A DNA stretch of 64,000 nt, taken from Paraspadella gotoi (taxonomy: Eukaryota > Animalia > Chaetognatha). Made by a program: the position numbers and the translations under genes. The notes beneath the pieces were generated by a model, which saw only the letters and a list, made by a program, of their open reading frames with translations, made no database searches and was not told the DNA's origin. This document shows positions 31,501-43,067 of the stretch, piece after piece; the stretch's first letter is position 1, and each line of letters begins with the position of its first letter. The DNA lies in contig CM119269.1 in the NCBI GenBank assembly GCA_051294375.1, positions 15,387,918-15,451,917 on the forward strand, written 5' to 3'.

Positions 31501-34500
31501 CGACCGAGCCCGCTCTCGGGACTTCGCCCTCCTTGACTCTTGAATCCGTCCCCAGTACTGAGGCGGTCGTCGTGGGGAATTCCGCCTGGCGTGTTAGACG
31601 CCAAGCCAGACTCCGTGCCGGTTTGTAGCCCTGACGCCGAAAGAACATCAACATTTTTAATGATATTAATATACATTTTTTTTATTACTGACGATATAAA
31701 ATCTAAAACTAAATTATTGAATTCCGATACAGGATGGTCGTTTAAAATCGAACAATTCAATTGATATAAAAGTTCTACGGATTTGAAGACTGCGAGTGAG
31801 GTAGTTTAAAATTAATCGAATAACAAGACGAAAATACAAAATACATACTTATATAATGTTCAGAATATTCAAATACGCCGCCCGGTTTTTATAATAACAA
31901 ACATGTAATCCCGACAAAAACCTCCGATAGGCTGTACCTACCTCGGGAAAGCCTGTTGAACACTTTTAATTTAACAAAAACGAAAGAAACAAAATTAAAA
32001 CCGAAACACATGCTCATGGTAAAACAATTACCCCCTGCTTTATTCTCTTCTCCTGTTTCGGCATCAACAGCGACGTCGGTGTCGCTCGTCATGTCAAGAC
32101 TCTTTTGAAAACCATGGATAAAAACAAAAAAAAAAAAAAAATTGCCTTTTTTAGCCGCATCTGCTTACAGTAGATTCCGGCTCTATAATTTACTTTGTCG
32201 GTCCGCCCCACCAATCTTGTCGGTAAGTCACTTAAATCATGTCAGAACATCCGTCCGTCCATCCCCCCTTAGCTTTGAACGCTAATTACTCATGATTGTA
32301 TGGGGCGATTGACTTGAAATTTTGTATGTGGTTAGGGAAGTGTGTGATTGAGCAGGAAATAAAGTTTCGATGGAATCGGCCAAGTGGAAATGAGATAAAA
32401 TAGAAAAAAACAAAACAAATATATTTCACTATTTGAATGCCAATTACTCATGAGTGGATACTGGATAGTTCAATTGACCTGAAATTTTGTATGTGGTTAT
32501 GAAAGTGTGTGATTGAGCAGGAAATCAAGTTTCGATGGAATCGTCCGAGTGAAAATGAGTTAAAATGGAAAAAACAAAAAGTCTATTTAACTATCTGATT
32601 ATGCTTTTTTATTTTTATATTTAATATAAATTCAAGCTTCATCAATTAATTATTAATAAATTAGTATTTAATTAATTTGTAATTAATTAATAATTAATAA
32701 ATTATTTATAAAATCGAGATTGTTTTGTGATTGAGAGGCGAGACAAAGTGGAAAACGATTTTGTCATGAATAAAAAAAAATAAATTCATTAATTAATTAA
32801 TCAGATAATTAATTAATTAATTACCGCTAATGATCGTGGGCAGATCCGGCATTGTTTGCTCAAACTTGTTTTTCCTCGCCGATTAATTTTTCAGCGCAAA
32901 ATATAACTTAACGGATAACTTAAATAAAACAATAATCAATAAGAATCCAAAGGTTATCACCGGAATTGTCCAACTTACAGCCAAACTGCCGAGATCGATC
33001 CCTTCCTCCTCTCTCCTCCTCCTCTCGTCTCTCTTCTCCTTCGCCACCACCCTCTCCCTCAGTTTCTCGAACTCCAGATCGGAGAGTCTCCTCCGCTCTT
33101 CCTCCGCCAGACGCGCCTCCTCCTCCTCCCGCGCCGCCTTTTCCTCCATCATAACGATGTAAGGATCAAGGTAGTCGGCCAAATTATCCTGGATCTCTTT
33201 ATCGACTAAATCGTCAACTGCCAACGCGAACGACTTTAAGTAAGTAATAAAAACCATGCGAACCTGCCAACACCGCGGGAATTTACCTTCTCGATCGGCG
33301 ACGATGCCGGCCATATGATCGATTGATTCTTGCTCAGCCGACAGGATTCTGTTTTTTATCTGAGAAATGGAAGTGAACAATTATTTTGAGATTCTTGGGG
33401 TTATAACCGATCGATGTCAGCTCTTCTCGCCTGAATGAGGGCGTCCTGAAGGAGTGCTTCGCGGAGGGTGTTGTTCTGAGCCTCGAGTTCTCCTTCGATC
33501 GCTGGACGGAGAATGAGGCTGAGATCGACCACCGTCGCGTCGTAAAACTGGAAAAGAGGAAATTGTCACCGGGAGAATAACATACGTTATTAATAAGAAA
33601 GAAATTCTTAGCTTACCCGCGCCAACTCATTCGCCATGGTCGTCTTGCCCGAGAGATTCGGACCGATGACGGCCAATTTGACTGGGAATCTAGGTTGCGG
33701 TGGAAAAAGAAATCGGCGCGGGTTTTGCATGAAGAGATCCAGCGCCTCCTGTAGGGCGGCCATAGAAATTCAAGGACGAGGTGAAACCGGGAATAAATGT
33801 ATAAATTTTTAAAGGTTAACAGTTAACCTGTGTAGACAGGATGTAGAGCTTATCCAAAAAACCCACGGCGAATTCGGGTCTGCCTTGCACCACGTTTCCG
33901 CGCGACAGTTCGACCGGACACATACGGAGCCACTTGGAACGTTGCCACCGAAAGCGAGGCGCCAGCATGCGAACGCTGGAAATCGAGACCAAAATTGATC
34001 ATGCTCTAGTTTCTGACTAAATATATTTGTTATCCATCGACAACAAAGAAAAAATGGGCACCTGTTCAGTTTTAGAATGAGCTCTTCCGTGTCGACTTCG
34101 TCGGGGATCTCCTCGTTTTCATTGTCGGGGTCAAGCAACTGCTGGGGGACGACTGGTGGTCGACCTCCGAGGTGAGCGAGTCGCGCCTTCAGCACCCGAA
34201 ATAGGTAAGTGTTGTTGCGGTTGGCGTCCAACTCTAACACTTGGCTCTGATCGTGGTCTTAATATAAAAACAGTCAATTGTCAGTTGGAAAAATCTATAG
34301 GAAGAAACTTGGAGATAATTACCGGCCATAAACTCTCTAAGCAGGGGCAACATTTTCTGTCGGTAGACTTTGAGGTTGTTTCTGACATTATCCTCGCCGT
34401 CTTCGGGTCGACGCAAAAGTCTGTAGAGTTGCGCCTCCGACAGCTGCATCGTCAGTTCTCGCTAAAAAGGTTTATTTTGATAACTCAAAGGGCGTGCAGT

Positions 34501-36282
34501 GAAAAAAAACCTTCATTGGAAACTCACTGGATCAAATGGAAGCCGATTTGCGATGTCATCGAGATCATCGCTGTCATAGCCACCGTCTTCCCCTTCTTCA
34601 TCTTCGTTATCTTCCTCGCTATCGTTCTTTTTTGAAATCACAAAAATTAATATAATACTATATGTAAAAACAATAATATTATTAGCTCACCGTACGAAAT
34701 TAAATAAGCAATTTAAGCATTCAACCTACCACTCGAAGTAACCTCCTGGGAAATTGTTTCTACATGACAAACCGGGCAATGCATTAACGAAATAAAAAAA
34801 AATGAAAGCAGTAGGTTACCTTTTTTCCTTTTTCTGGAATAGCCTTCAAAATACAAGACATGGTGTTTCATAATCGAAGTAAGTACAATAATTTCGATAG
34901 CCATTCTTACCAGCAAAGCCCTCTCTTCGTCGTCGGGGTCATAAATCATCCTCGGGTAAATGTTTCCGGAAACGGGATCAACTTTTTGGGTGAGTCTTCT
35001 TTTGAGTAAGTCTTCGTCACTAATTGCGAATAAACCGTTTTATTGTTTAAAAACTTCGTATTATTTACCTCTTTTTGTTGCATTTTGTATTTAGAAGAAA
35101 AACTAAAATAGCTTCAGCTTCAGCAACGATTGATTTGATTTTAATGTTTTAAATTGGATATGTTTCGACTCATGTTTTGCGAGTCTTCATCAGTGATAAG
35201 CAATTAAGAATTTTTCACAATCAAATCAATCGTTGCTGAAGCTTATTAAAACTTTTCGTTTTTTATTTAAAAACTATAATCTCGAGCATTTTGAGAAAGC
35301 TTTCCCGAACCTGAGCTTCATATGGACAATAAAATCGGGTTGAAGGGGAAACGTTTTCAACAACTCTAACTGATCTTTCATTGACATTTCTTGTTCGGAG
35401 AGACTTGGAAACTCGTCGAGAATGTAACCTGTGGAAAAGTTGTGATCAAATATAGTGTTTACTTGATTAATTAAGGGCTCAGTTTTTAGCATCATTTGTT
35501 ATCTTTTCCATTATTGATTAGATACCGTAATGAGCGACCTCCGGAGAATACATCTTTTCTTTGATCATTTCAATGAGTAGATCGTCGGAGAGTTCTTCTC
35601 CCGCCCAAACGCGCCGCCGAATTTCGCTCTGAAACTCTTCCTCTTCCTTGGTGAGACGTTCCTTTTTTAGGATTGACCAGGTTGGAAAAATAATAACACC
35701 ATTTACTAAGGGCAAAGTCATAAATACTAATAATAAACGCAATAATAGATTTAAAGTTGAATGTAATAATAACCAAAACAAAATAAAGGAAATAATTGAA
35801 AGGGAGGAACCAACCGTTTTTTCTTTCTTTTCTGTACCACCCCCCTCACCCTCCGCTGCTGTAAATTCTGGAATCTCAGGAGCTTCACCTTCAGCGATAC
35901 TATCATCCACTGGAGGCAAAAATCGCTGGACGCCCGGTAAATATATATAACCATTTCAGTTATCCATAAGAAAGACTGAAGGATGAAAACCTCTTACCTC
36001 GACCAGAGTCTTGGGGTGGATGTAACACATATTCCACTCTTTGGCGAGTCGTTTGGCCAGCATGCTCCGACCACTACCAGGTTTTCCGATAAATACTATG
36101 CAAGTAGGCTTAGAGCGAAGGTAATCGAAGTCCGTAACGTCCTCGCTGTATGGGTCCAAAAAAGGGATAACGTTCGTCGGAGGCGGCACGGAAGGGAACA
36201 ACGGAGCCCCCGTTGGGAGAATGGGGACTTCCTCGCTGGATCGCCTTGATGTCCCATTTTCTGCAGCCGCTGGCTCAGCCAT
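9617..36282 (-). CDS. AK9: Adenylate kinase 9 (multi-AK-domain ciliary protein), many exons
   Basis: Starts [10 protein letters not shown]; has P-loops [24 protein letters not shown] and [26 protein letters not shown] strands, YHS-like FCPV-L motifs ([15 protein letters not shown]), and the AK9-like C-terminus [18 protein letters not shown]...[12 protein letters not shown]. Internal exon boundaries not all verified. Confidence 0.92.
9880..10330. repeat. Dispersed AT-rich repeat, related in inverted orientation to ~53950-54360
   Basis: gtgctcaaacgaaaattta...cagattcagatagctc...acacaaagtataattc matches the reverse complement of gaattatactttgtgtag...gctacctgaatctg...aattttcgtttgagca. Boundaries are approximate. 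Confidence 0.6.
15221..15620. repeat. Purine-rich low-complexity and (GA)n tract in an AK9 intron
   Basis: AGAAAGAA-type degenerate repeats followed by GA dinucleotide runs; explains the spurious Phe/Ser/Leu-rich ORFs. Confidence 0.85.
16469..16571. repeat. (CT)n(CA)n compound microsatellite in an AK9 intron
   Basis: Directly visible; source of the poly-ER ORFs. Confidence 0.95.
19226..25495 (+). CDS. SLC35G/EamA (DMT) family transporter nested antisense in an AK9 intron
   Basis: Hydrophobic exons at ~19226-19446, ~19521-19686, ~19741-19839, ~22733-23028 and ~25277-25495, with motifs [20 protein letters not shown] and [15 protein letters not shown]...LGSLLIL. Confidence 0.8.
20232..22590. 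mobile_element. Helentron/DINE-like non-autonomous repeat, split by the 20351-21831 insertion; inverted copy at ~32155-32857
   Basis: acaatgtcggatctgcccacgat...gcggtaattaatt (20230s) and 22130-22590 match the reverse complement of 32155-32857. Contains a (GGAC)n microsatellite and an internal ~180-bp tandem duplication. Family assignment is inferred from the (CCGT/GGAC)n signature. Confidence 0.6.
20351..21831. mobile_element. Non-autonomous hAT-like TIR element
   Basis: Termini CAGTGATTTCTAT...ATAGAAATCACTG; the flanking 8-mers tttcaggg / cctcaggt look like a decayed 8-bp TSD. No transposase ORF. Confidence 0.55.
23352..23423 (+). promoter_or_regulatory. tRNA-derived cassette (Pol III A/B boxes) inside the LTR; also at 4804-4877 and 23773-23844
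   Basis: Acceptor-like stem GCGGCCA/TGGTCG(C/T), A-box-like TGGTGCCGGAGG, Gly-like loop CTCCCAA, and T-arm CCGGG-GTTCTAG-CCCGG (B-box-like GGTTCTAGCCC). Confidence 0.65.
23427..23500 (+). ncRNA. Twister-like self-cleaving ribozyme, circularly permuted (type-P5-like); copies at 4879-4952 and 23848-23921
   Basis: P5 GCAGUU/GACUGC, G-A-CGG strand, U^AA-CCC-GC, P3 CUGUAACA/UGU(U/G)ACAG, P4 CCUGA/UCAGG with loop UCCGAAGC. P1 and P2 are weak. Confidence 0.65.
26094..29887 (+). CDS. Signal peptide peptidase-like (SPPL2-type, A22B) intramembrane aspartyl protease nested antisense in an AK9 intron
   Basis: Signal peptide [19 protein letters not shown], divergent luminal domain, catalytic LVYDIF (~28875) and LGLGDL (~29160), QPALEFIVP, and last exon 29699-29887. 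The 5' exons are less certain. Confidence 0.85.
32155..32857. mobile_element. Intact copy of the Helentron/DINE-like repeat (inverted relative to 20232-22590)
   Basis: ccgtccgtccatcc microsatellite, internal tandem duplication, and terminal gatcgtgggcagatccggcattgt. Confidence 0.6.
35116..35243 (-). mobile_element. Inverted repeat (25-bp arms) enclosing a minimal hammerhead motif (35157-35193); Penelope-like remnant in an AK9 intron
   Basis: Arms agcttcagcaacgattgatttgatt / aatcaaatcaatcgttgctgaagct. Minus strand reads CUGAUGA-A-GACUC-GCAAAACAU-GAGUC-GAAA-CAUAUC. Confidence 0.62.
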
Positions 36283-36586
36283 TTTCTTAGCTTAAAGGCT
36301 CTCGGTAACAGTTCGGCATGTTTTCTGAAATGAATTCAAACAGCGTATGTTCTGTACATTCAACCATCGTTCGAGATTATATTCATTATTGAATGGTAGC
36401 TTTAATTACAGTCAAATGAATTAAAGCCCACGAAAAAGCGCTCGTAATTTTGCGTGACAGCGAATGGAAACTGAAAAAAATCCTAAAACGAAAAAAAAAA
36501 CCGTCCCAAGACAATGAAACATGAAACGACGACCGAAAACATGTTCCGACTTTTGAATTAGAGCCAGAGGAGAGATTGTGTACTTC

Positions 36587-36600
36587 GTCGTCATGGATAC
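36587..36600. promoter_or_regulatory. RFX X-box in the AK9/MORN2 bidirectional promoter
   Basis: GTCGTCATGGATAC fits the X-box consensus GTNRYYATGGNWAC and lies centrally between two divergent ciliary genes. Confidence 0.6.
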
Positions 36601-36870
36601 AAAGTTAAGACAAAAGACACGTTCTCCATGCAGTCGATTGGTAAATTTGTTATTAATTTTAACTTAATTTAAGTTTTTAGGTTTTTAAATGAGAAAACTT
36701 TCAAGTAATAATGATCCGACATATGGGCAGGGTCCTCTACTGAACGCGCGTTTCCTCTTCGGTATTAAGAGTGAACTAAAAGATAATCGTCCTTCCGAAT
36801 TTCGTTCGGTCAACCGCCTACCGAACGGATTCATCAATGGACTTCATAACTTTCACATTACATTCCAATA

Positions 36871-37479
<609 letters not shown>

Positions 37480-37869
37480 ACTTGTACTTTGTTTCACACT
37501 GGATAGTGAATATGACTTAAAACCACCAATTAAATCGCCAAAATGGACGAAAAAAAATTATATTTTAAATCAAAATCACGAACACAAAAAGCTAAATCGC
37601 GAAAAACGTTAATAATCATCAAACGTGTAAAATAAGAACATGATTTGATGTTGGTATTGCCGACTAGAAAATGTATATTCTTTTACAGCACTAAAACAAG
37701 GAAATATACAACTTTTAACCATAAAGTGATCAACATAACATAGTCGGAATTTATACGTGTAACGAAAAAAAGCTTCACTTTGTTGAAATAAATGTCATCT
37801 TCAAAAAAATCTAAGTTCCTAAGTTGCGCTACAAATAAATCCGAGTTACTCCATAATTTATTCGAATTA

Positions 37870-40800
37870 TCAGTTTTCAAACATTTTCCGAATGTTTTTG
37901 ACGTCGCCTCGTTGAACGTCTTCCTCAGGCTCTGGCGCCGACTGAGAAGTCGGGCTCGTCGCTTCTTCGCTCTCGCCATCGTCTCCCTGGGCACCGCCCT
38001 TTGGCGTTGCTGCCACTTTTGACCGAAGATTTTGGCCCATTTCGCCTCTTGGCGCTCCAAGCGCGGATTTGATTCCTAAAGCCTGAAAGAGAAAATAAAA
38101 AGTTAGATTTCTGTTTCATGTGCTCATCAGGTCACCCTCATCAGTTGTATTTAGAATAAAATCCATTTTTTAAATGTTAACCATCGGCAATCCTCACGAG
38201 AAATATCGGTTAAGAATTTTCACCTCTGCATCCATTTTGGCCGACTTGCTCGCTTCGGGGCCTCCTCGAATATTGCGATTCGTAGTGCTATGAGTAGGAG
38301 CCGTATCCCTTATACCCTGAAAGTCAATAATCATTTTTGCATTGGTGTTAAAAGCAAAATGAGTATGTAATGACTATTGAATGAGTATTGATGAAACGAA
38401 AGTAATTCGTTGGTAAAGAAAATTTATCAGTGATCGAATTTTTCTCACATTTCTCATATTCTCTGCAGAATCTAAAGCTAAGTAAACAAGAACGGTAATT
38501 CAAATGCGTTGCGCCGCAGTGACTGCCTTATCACGTATATTTCTCATGACATGACGTGACATAACATAACTACATACAATAACTTTCTTAGCCCGTGTAT
38601 TTATGACTTGCACTGCATTAAAATTCCGTCTTTTATTCTATTTTAGTTTTAGGATTTCCTGAAGGCGGCGCTTGCAGTCGCTTAGATTTGAGGTTTTTTG
38701 TCTTAACAAAAGAGCAACCAAAGATAGGGAAATTATATGCATTTTTAAAATCAGTGGGATAGACCGATGGACAGATATACCGACCGAAAAATGACTTATA
38801 GAGTTGCTCTGCAACTAAAAATATCGTAAACAAGATCGGTTCATCCAATGTGTTGCGCCGCAGTAACTTCACTGTATTTCCCATTGATCACATGATAATG
38901 ATGACATGACTAAAAAACTTTTTAACCCGTGTATTTATGACATGCACTGCAAGTGGGACAGACCGATGAACAGTAGGGTGGAGTGATGAAAAGATTGAGT
39001 GATTGACATTATTTTTTTGCTGCCTATGGATATATAATTAATGAATTTTAAATCTTTTTAAAATTTTTTTAGCATAACATTATAGCAAATTCAATTATTT
39101 ATGTAGTAATATCCTTATAAAATCGTCAAATTTCAAAATATTTTTTTTATTTTTAAGAACTGATTTGGATTCGCTGTAAAAAACTAAGAAACTTTTTATA
39201 AAATATGTTATATGATATTTTAATGTTTAGATCTTAAAAAATGACTAAAACGTTTTAACATATATAAGTTTCTACTACAGAGAATAAAAAATTTATGAAT
39301 TTTCACCTTTTTTCTTATTTTAAACATTGAAGATGACTGAATTTTTGATAACATGTTTTATATTTTTGATTCAACTTTTTATGAAGAATCTGAATCTTTA
39401 ATAAAAGTTTTATAAAAATTATTTTTAAAATTTACTATTTTATAAGGATATTACTACAAAATATATATATTTTACTATTCTGTTCCCGAGATAATATGAA
39501 CAAAATATTTTTTGTACTAATTAATCATAATATCTCACATCTAAATATCATTGTTCGATCATTCAAATAAATTTTTTGTTCTCGAATGTTCACTCTTAAT
39601 CGAACAGGCATACCGACAGACCGACCTACCGAAAAGGGCCATAATGCCCATATAGTAGTACTCGCGGCGCAACTAAAAATAGGCACCTTGATGGAAAGAG
39701 AGCTGGCGTCTATCCCGGATGATTTCGATGCGTCCGGCCCTCCGCGGACATTTCTGTTTGAAACTTCCATCTTTTGGCGGTGATCGGTGCATGCTCGGAT
39801 GTGAAGGGAGTCAATCCCTATATTAGAATTTACAGAAATCATGCGCAAAATTAAGTTTTCTATTTCTTCTCTTATAGTTATACTTAATATTAAATTACTT
39901 AATAATAAATTACTTATAGAAACCACAGCTAGCCTATTAATTAAAATTTTGCTGAACTTACCTATATTAGCGGACTTTTGCGCTTGAACGCCACCGCGGA
40001 CAATCGTGTCGCCGGCCGTGAGGGCGTTTTTCGGATCCCGAGTCACCGCCTTCATCGCCAGCGAGTCAGTTCCTATGCCCGAACTCTTGGCGGCGTCGGG
40101 CCCTCCTTAATTATGTACAGAGAATTCCAATGTTAAAACGGTTGTGATGCAAGCAATTAAATAAGAAAGCATGATCTACCAAGAATGTTCCGGTTGATGT
40201 TGTAATCTCTTTTGGGTCCCACCCGCGCCGCCTTCATGTCCATAGAGTCCATATCGATCTTGGCGCTCTTAGCCGCATCTGGACCGCCGCGAATGTTTGC
40301 GTTCGGCGCGGATTGCCGCTAATGAAGATTTACATTACATTTTTTCTTAGTAAAATCCAAAGCGTTAATTCCTTGTAACCCCTTTTATTTGATTCCATTT
40401 TTCCCCACACAAGAAAAATTAATACTTGATAATTGTCAACGACTCCTCTGATTCCCATTGATTGATAATCGATCGTGGCGCTCTTGCTCGCTTCCGGACC
40501 GCCGCGAATGTTGGAGTTTGGATTGCCTAATCGCTGAGCGTGCTTCGTATACTGAGAGATGCCTGATTTTAAAATAAGATCAAAAATTTACTGCAATTTC
40601 AAAGAAATTGTAGACGGAGTGGGACGCTATGAACGCGACGTGTACCGAGAGCGTTTGCGTCGAAAGTCCCACCCTTCGCCATCTGCGGACCCCCAAAGAC
40701 GTTTGCTGTGACGCGTTCCGTTTCGATCTTCGGCCCTGGATTTATAAATTAAATAAATTCTAATTTAAACTGGGCCGCTTCCAGAAGCTTGACGTTAAAA

Positions 40801-43067
40801 TAAAAGCTTGCCTTTAAAATCCAAGGAATCCATTCCGTATCCGGAGCCTTCGATCTTCGGTTGATGCTGTCCACAAAAAATTCTCCGGTCTTTCATATCC
40901 TCTCTGCTGTGAAAGTATGATGTGAGGTTGAGACGGCGATTACACTCGCAGCATATGAAGCATTTTTGGTGGAAGAAAACGCCCTAGAAGTCATTCGCAA
41001 TAGATTTTTAAAAAAAGACTTTTGATAAACCCAAACTACTTAGAAAACTAAAATTATTGCATTTGCTATGAACGCACCTTGAGGGGCCCGTGGGTGGCGT
41101 CGTTGGGATAAATCTTTTCGTGGCATCTGAAGCACTGGGTTTCGATGTCGGTGAAATCCTTGGAGGGTGGAGGCGGGCCCCAGAGCCTCACCTCGGCCGA
41201 CGAGGACCTCGAAGCGTCGGACAATTTGTCGTCCTCGTCGTGACCATTGATGGAGGGGGAATGAAGACTGGCCATCTCGTCGACGATCTAACGCGGATTA
41301 TGATTTTAAAGTAGGTTTTAAAACTAGGTGCGCGAGATATCATCAGTCAAACAGCTGTGATTTTTCGTGAACACTTGAACACCTATACAATACTTCTAAA
41401 ATAGGAATATTTCCATTAAAATGATTCGTGACTTTTTTAAAAAAATTATTTCAAAATACATCCAAAACACGAACAAGGAGGCGAAAAATTCTGTTGCTTG
41501 AAAAAATAATGATGAAAATAAACAAATACCAAAAAATGTCAGGGACGCGAATTAATCGTCTATAATCGGCTTTCAAAAATAAGGGGGGGCGGATGACGAA
41601 GACGAAATCGATATAAACCGGAGGAAAAACAGCGCCCAACCTCGAAAAGGAGCGCCTGCGAAAACATCTCACTCTCGCTTATATGCTTGTTTACCCTTCT
41701 TTTCGTTTGTTTACATTTGGGCCGAGTCGCGATGGACTCACCTCGACAGTCTTTGCGTCGTCGTTGTTGTTAGTCTCTTTAATCCAAGAAGAGTCGTTGG
41801 AGGGCGACTTCAAGAGGCGGGCGATTCGGTTAGTCGTTGGCGTGGTCCTCGACGAATCTTCCGGGGGAGAGGGGAGTAGACGATCGTCTATCTCTTGGCT
41901 TTCGATTCTCATTTTATGGAGCATGACCTGGGTCCTCTCCACGCCGTTCCTGGTCGATGAATTTAAGAGAGGACTATATTTAACTAGTATTAAAAAGATA
42001 TTCGTATGTCCAAAATAATAGGCCGAAATTTTCTATAAGCAATTCGGGTTTTAATGACGTAAAAAGAATTTAATAGATGCGTTATGATCCAGGGGTTTCA
42101 AATTCTGCCAGTCCAAACGAAATGGTCTCATCTGCTTCGTAAACAACCCTAAAATTAAAAACAGTCAGTCGCCGAATGTTTTATCCAAAATTTGTATTTG
42201 TAAATCTTATTTCGGGCATCCCCTTAATTCGGCCATGTTCAATAAGCCGAAATTAATCCACTTTCTTGGCATCAGTTAATTTTCAAAGAAATAGTCCCTG
42301 AAAAATAAATTCACTCCTCATCTTCGCGTTCTATAAGACCGAAATTTCTCGTGATAGCCAACACGAGGGGATGTGATGACAGACGGAGTCAACCGTTTTT
42401 TTTTTCTAATAGCTTTCCATGCTGGGTTATTCTCAAGGAAAAAGATATTTAAAAAACTAGTTAAAATGTCCTTCCGAGTGCAAGAGTTTTTGGCAACCGC
42501 CTCATCATTCATTCTACGAAAAACAAATATTTGCCTTTTGTTGGCAATAATCGAAACACCGTTTCACTTTCATGACAATTTTCACGGATAAGAGAATATA
42601 CTTATGGCAATGAAAAGTCATCCACGACGACCACGACTCGTCTATTAACGATCGAGCTGTGACAAAAATAATAAGCGAGTGACCGAATACTTAAATCTCC
42701 GGTTCGCCCTAATTATTGAACTATCCTTGGAATTTTCCCTATATTATAGATACCTCCGACGAAGGGTGACAGTACCTTTGATTTTGTTCTGCTTCGGCGA
42801 CAGAGCTGTCAATTTCTAGGTCGAGGTCCGGAAATTCCGCCACCTGATCCACTTCCGGTCGCGAATCGTCGACGAACTCGTCCATGACGTCATCCACCGG
42901 ACTCATCGGAGAAGTCGGCGACTGAAAGGTACGGAGAGGCAAAAGATTAACCAATTATTTTGATTTCGTTGTTTTATGACTATTAGAAAGAAGAGACTTA
43001 CTTCGCTGAGGGCAGTCGATGTGGGAAACTCATCGCCGGTTATGTGCGCCTCCGTTTCCGTCGACAT
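37870..43067 (-). CDS. Hillarin-like single-LIM protein with seven ~36-aa GGP repeats
   Basis: LIM domain CFRCHEKIYP...GVFFHQKCFICCECNRRLNLTSY...FCGQH; repeats N[IV]RGGP[DE]A[AS]KSxxIDxxS[LM]xI[KR]; ends GDVKNIRKMFEN*. The 5' exons (43067, ~42925, ~41950) are linked by inference. Confidence 0.75.
38488..38960. repeat. Dispersed repeat family (gttgcgccgcagt core), tandem here and inverted at ~50200-50425
   Basis: aagaacggtaattcaaatgcgttgcgccgcagtgact matches the reverse complement of agtcactgcggcgcaacccatttgaatttcggttctt. The segment gagcaaccaa...aaatcagtgggatagaccga is also shared. Confidence 0.6.

Noticed and set aside
38108-38146. Hammerhead-like CTGATGA...GAAAC on the minus strand
   Set aside because: Stem II is mismatched and stem III does not form; at best a heavily decayed relic.
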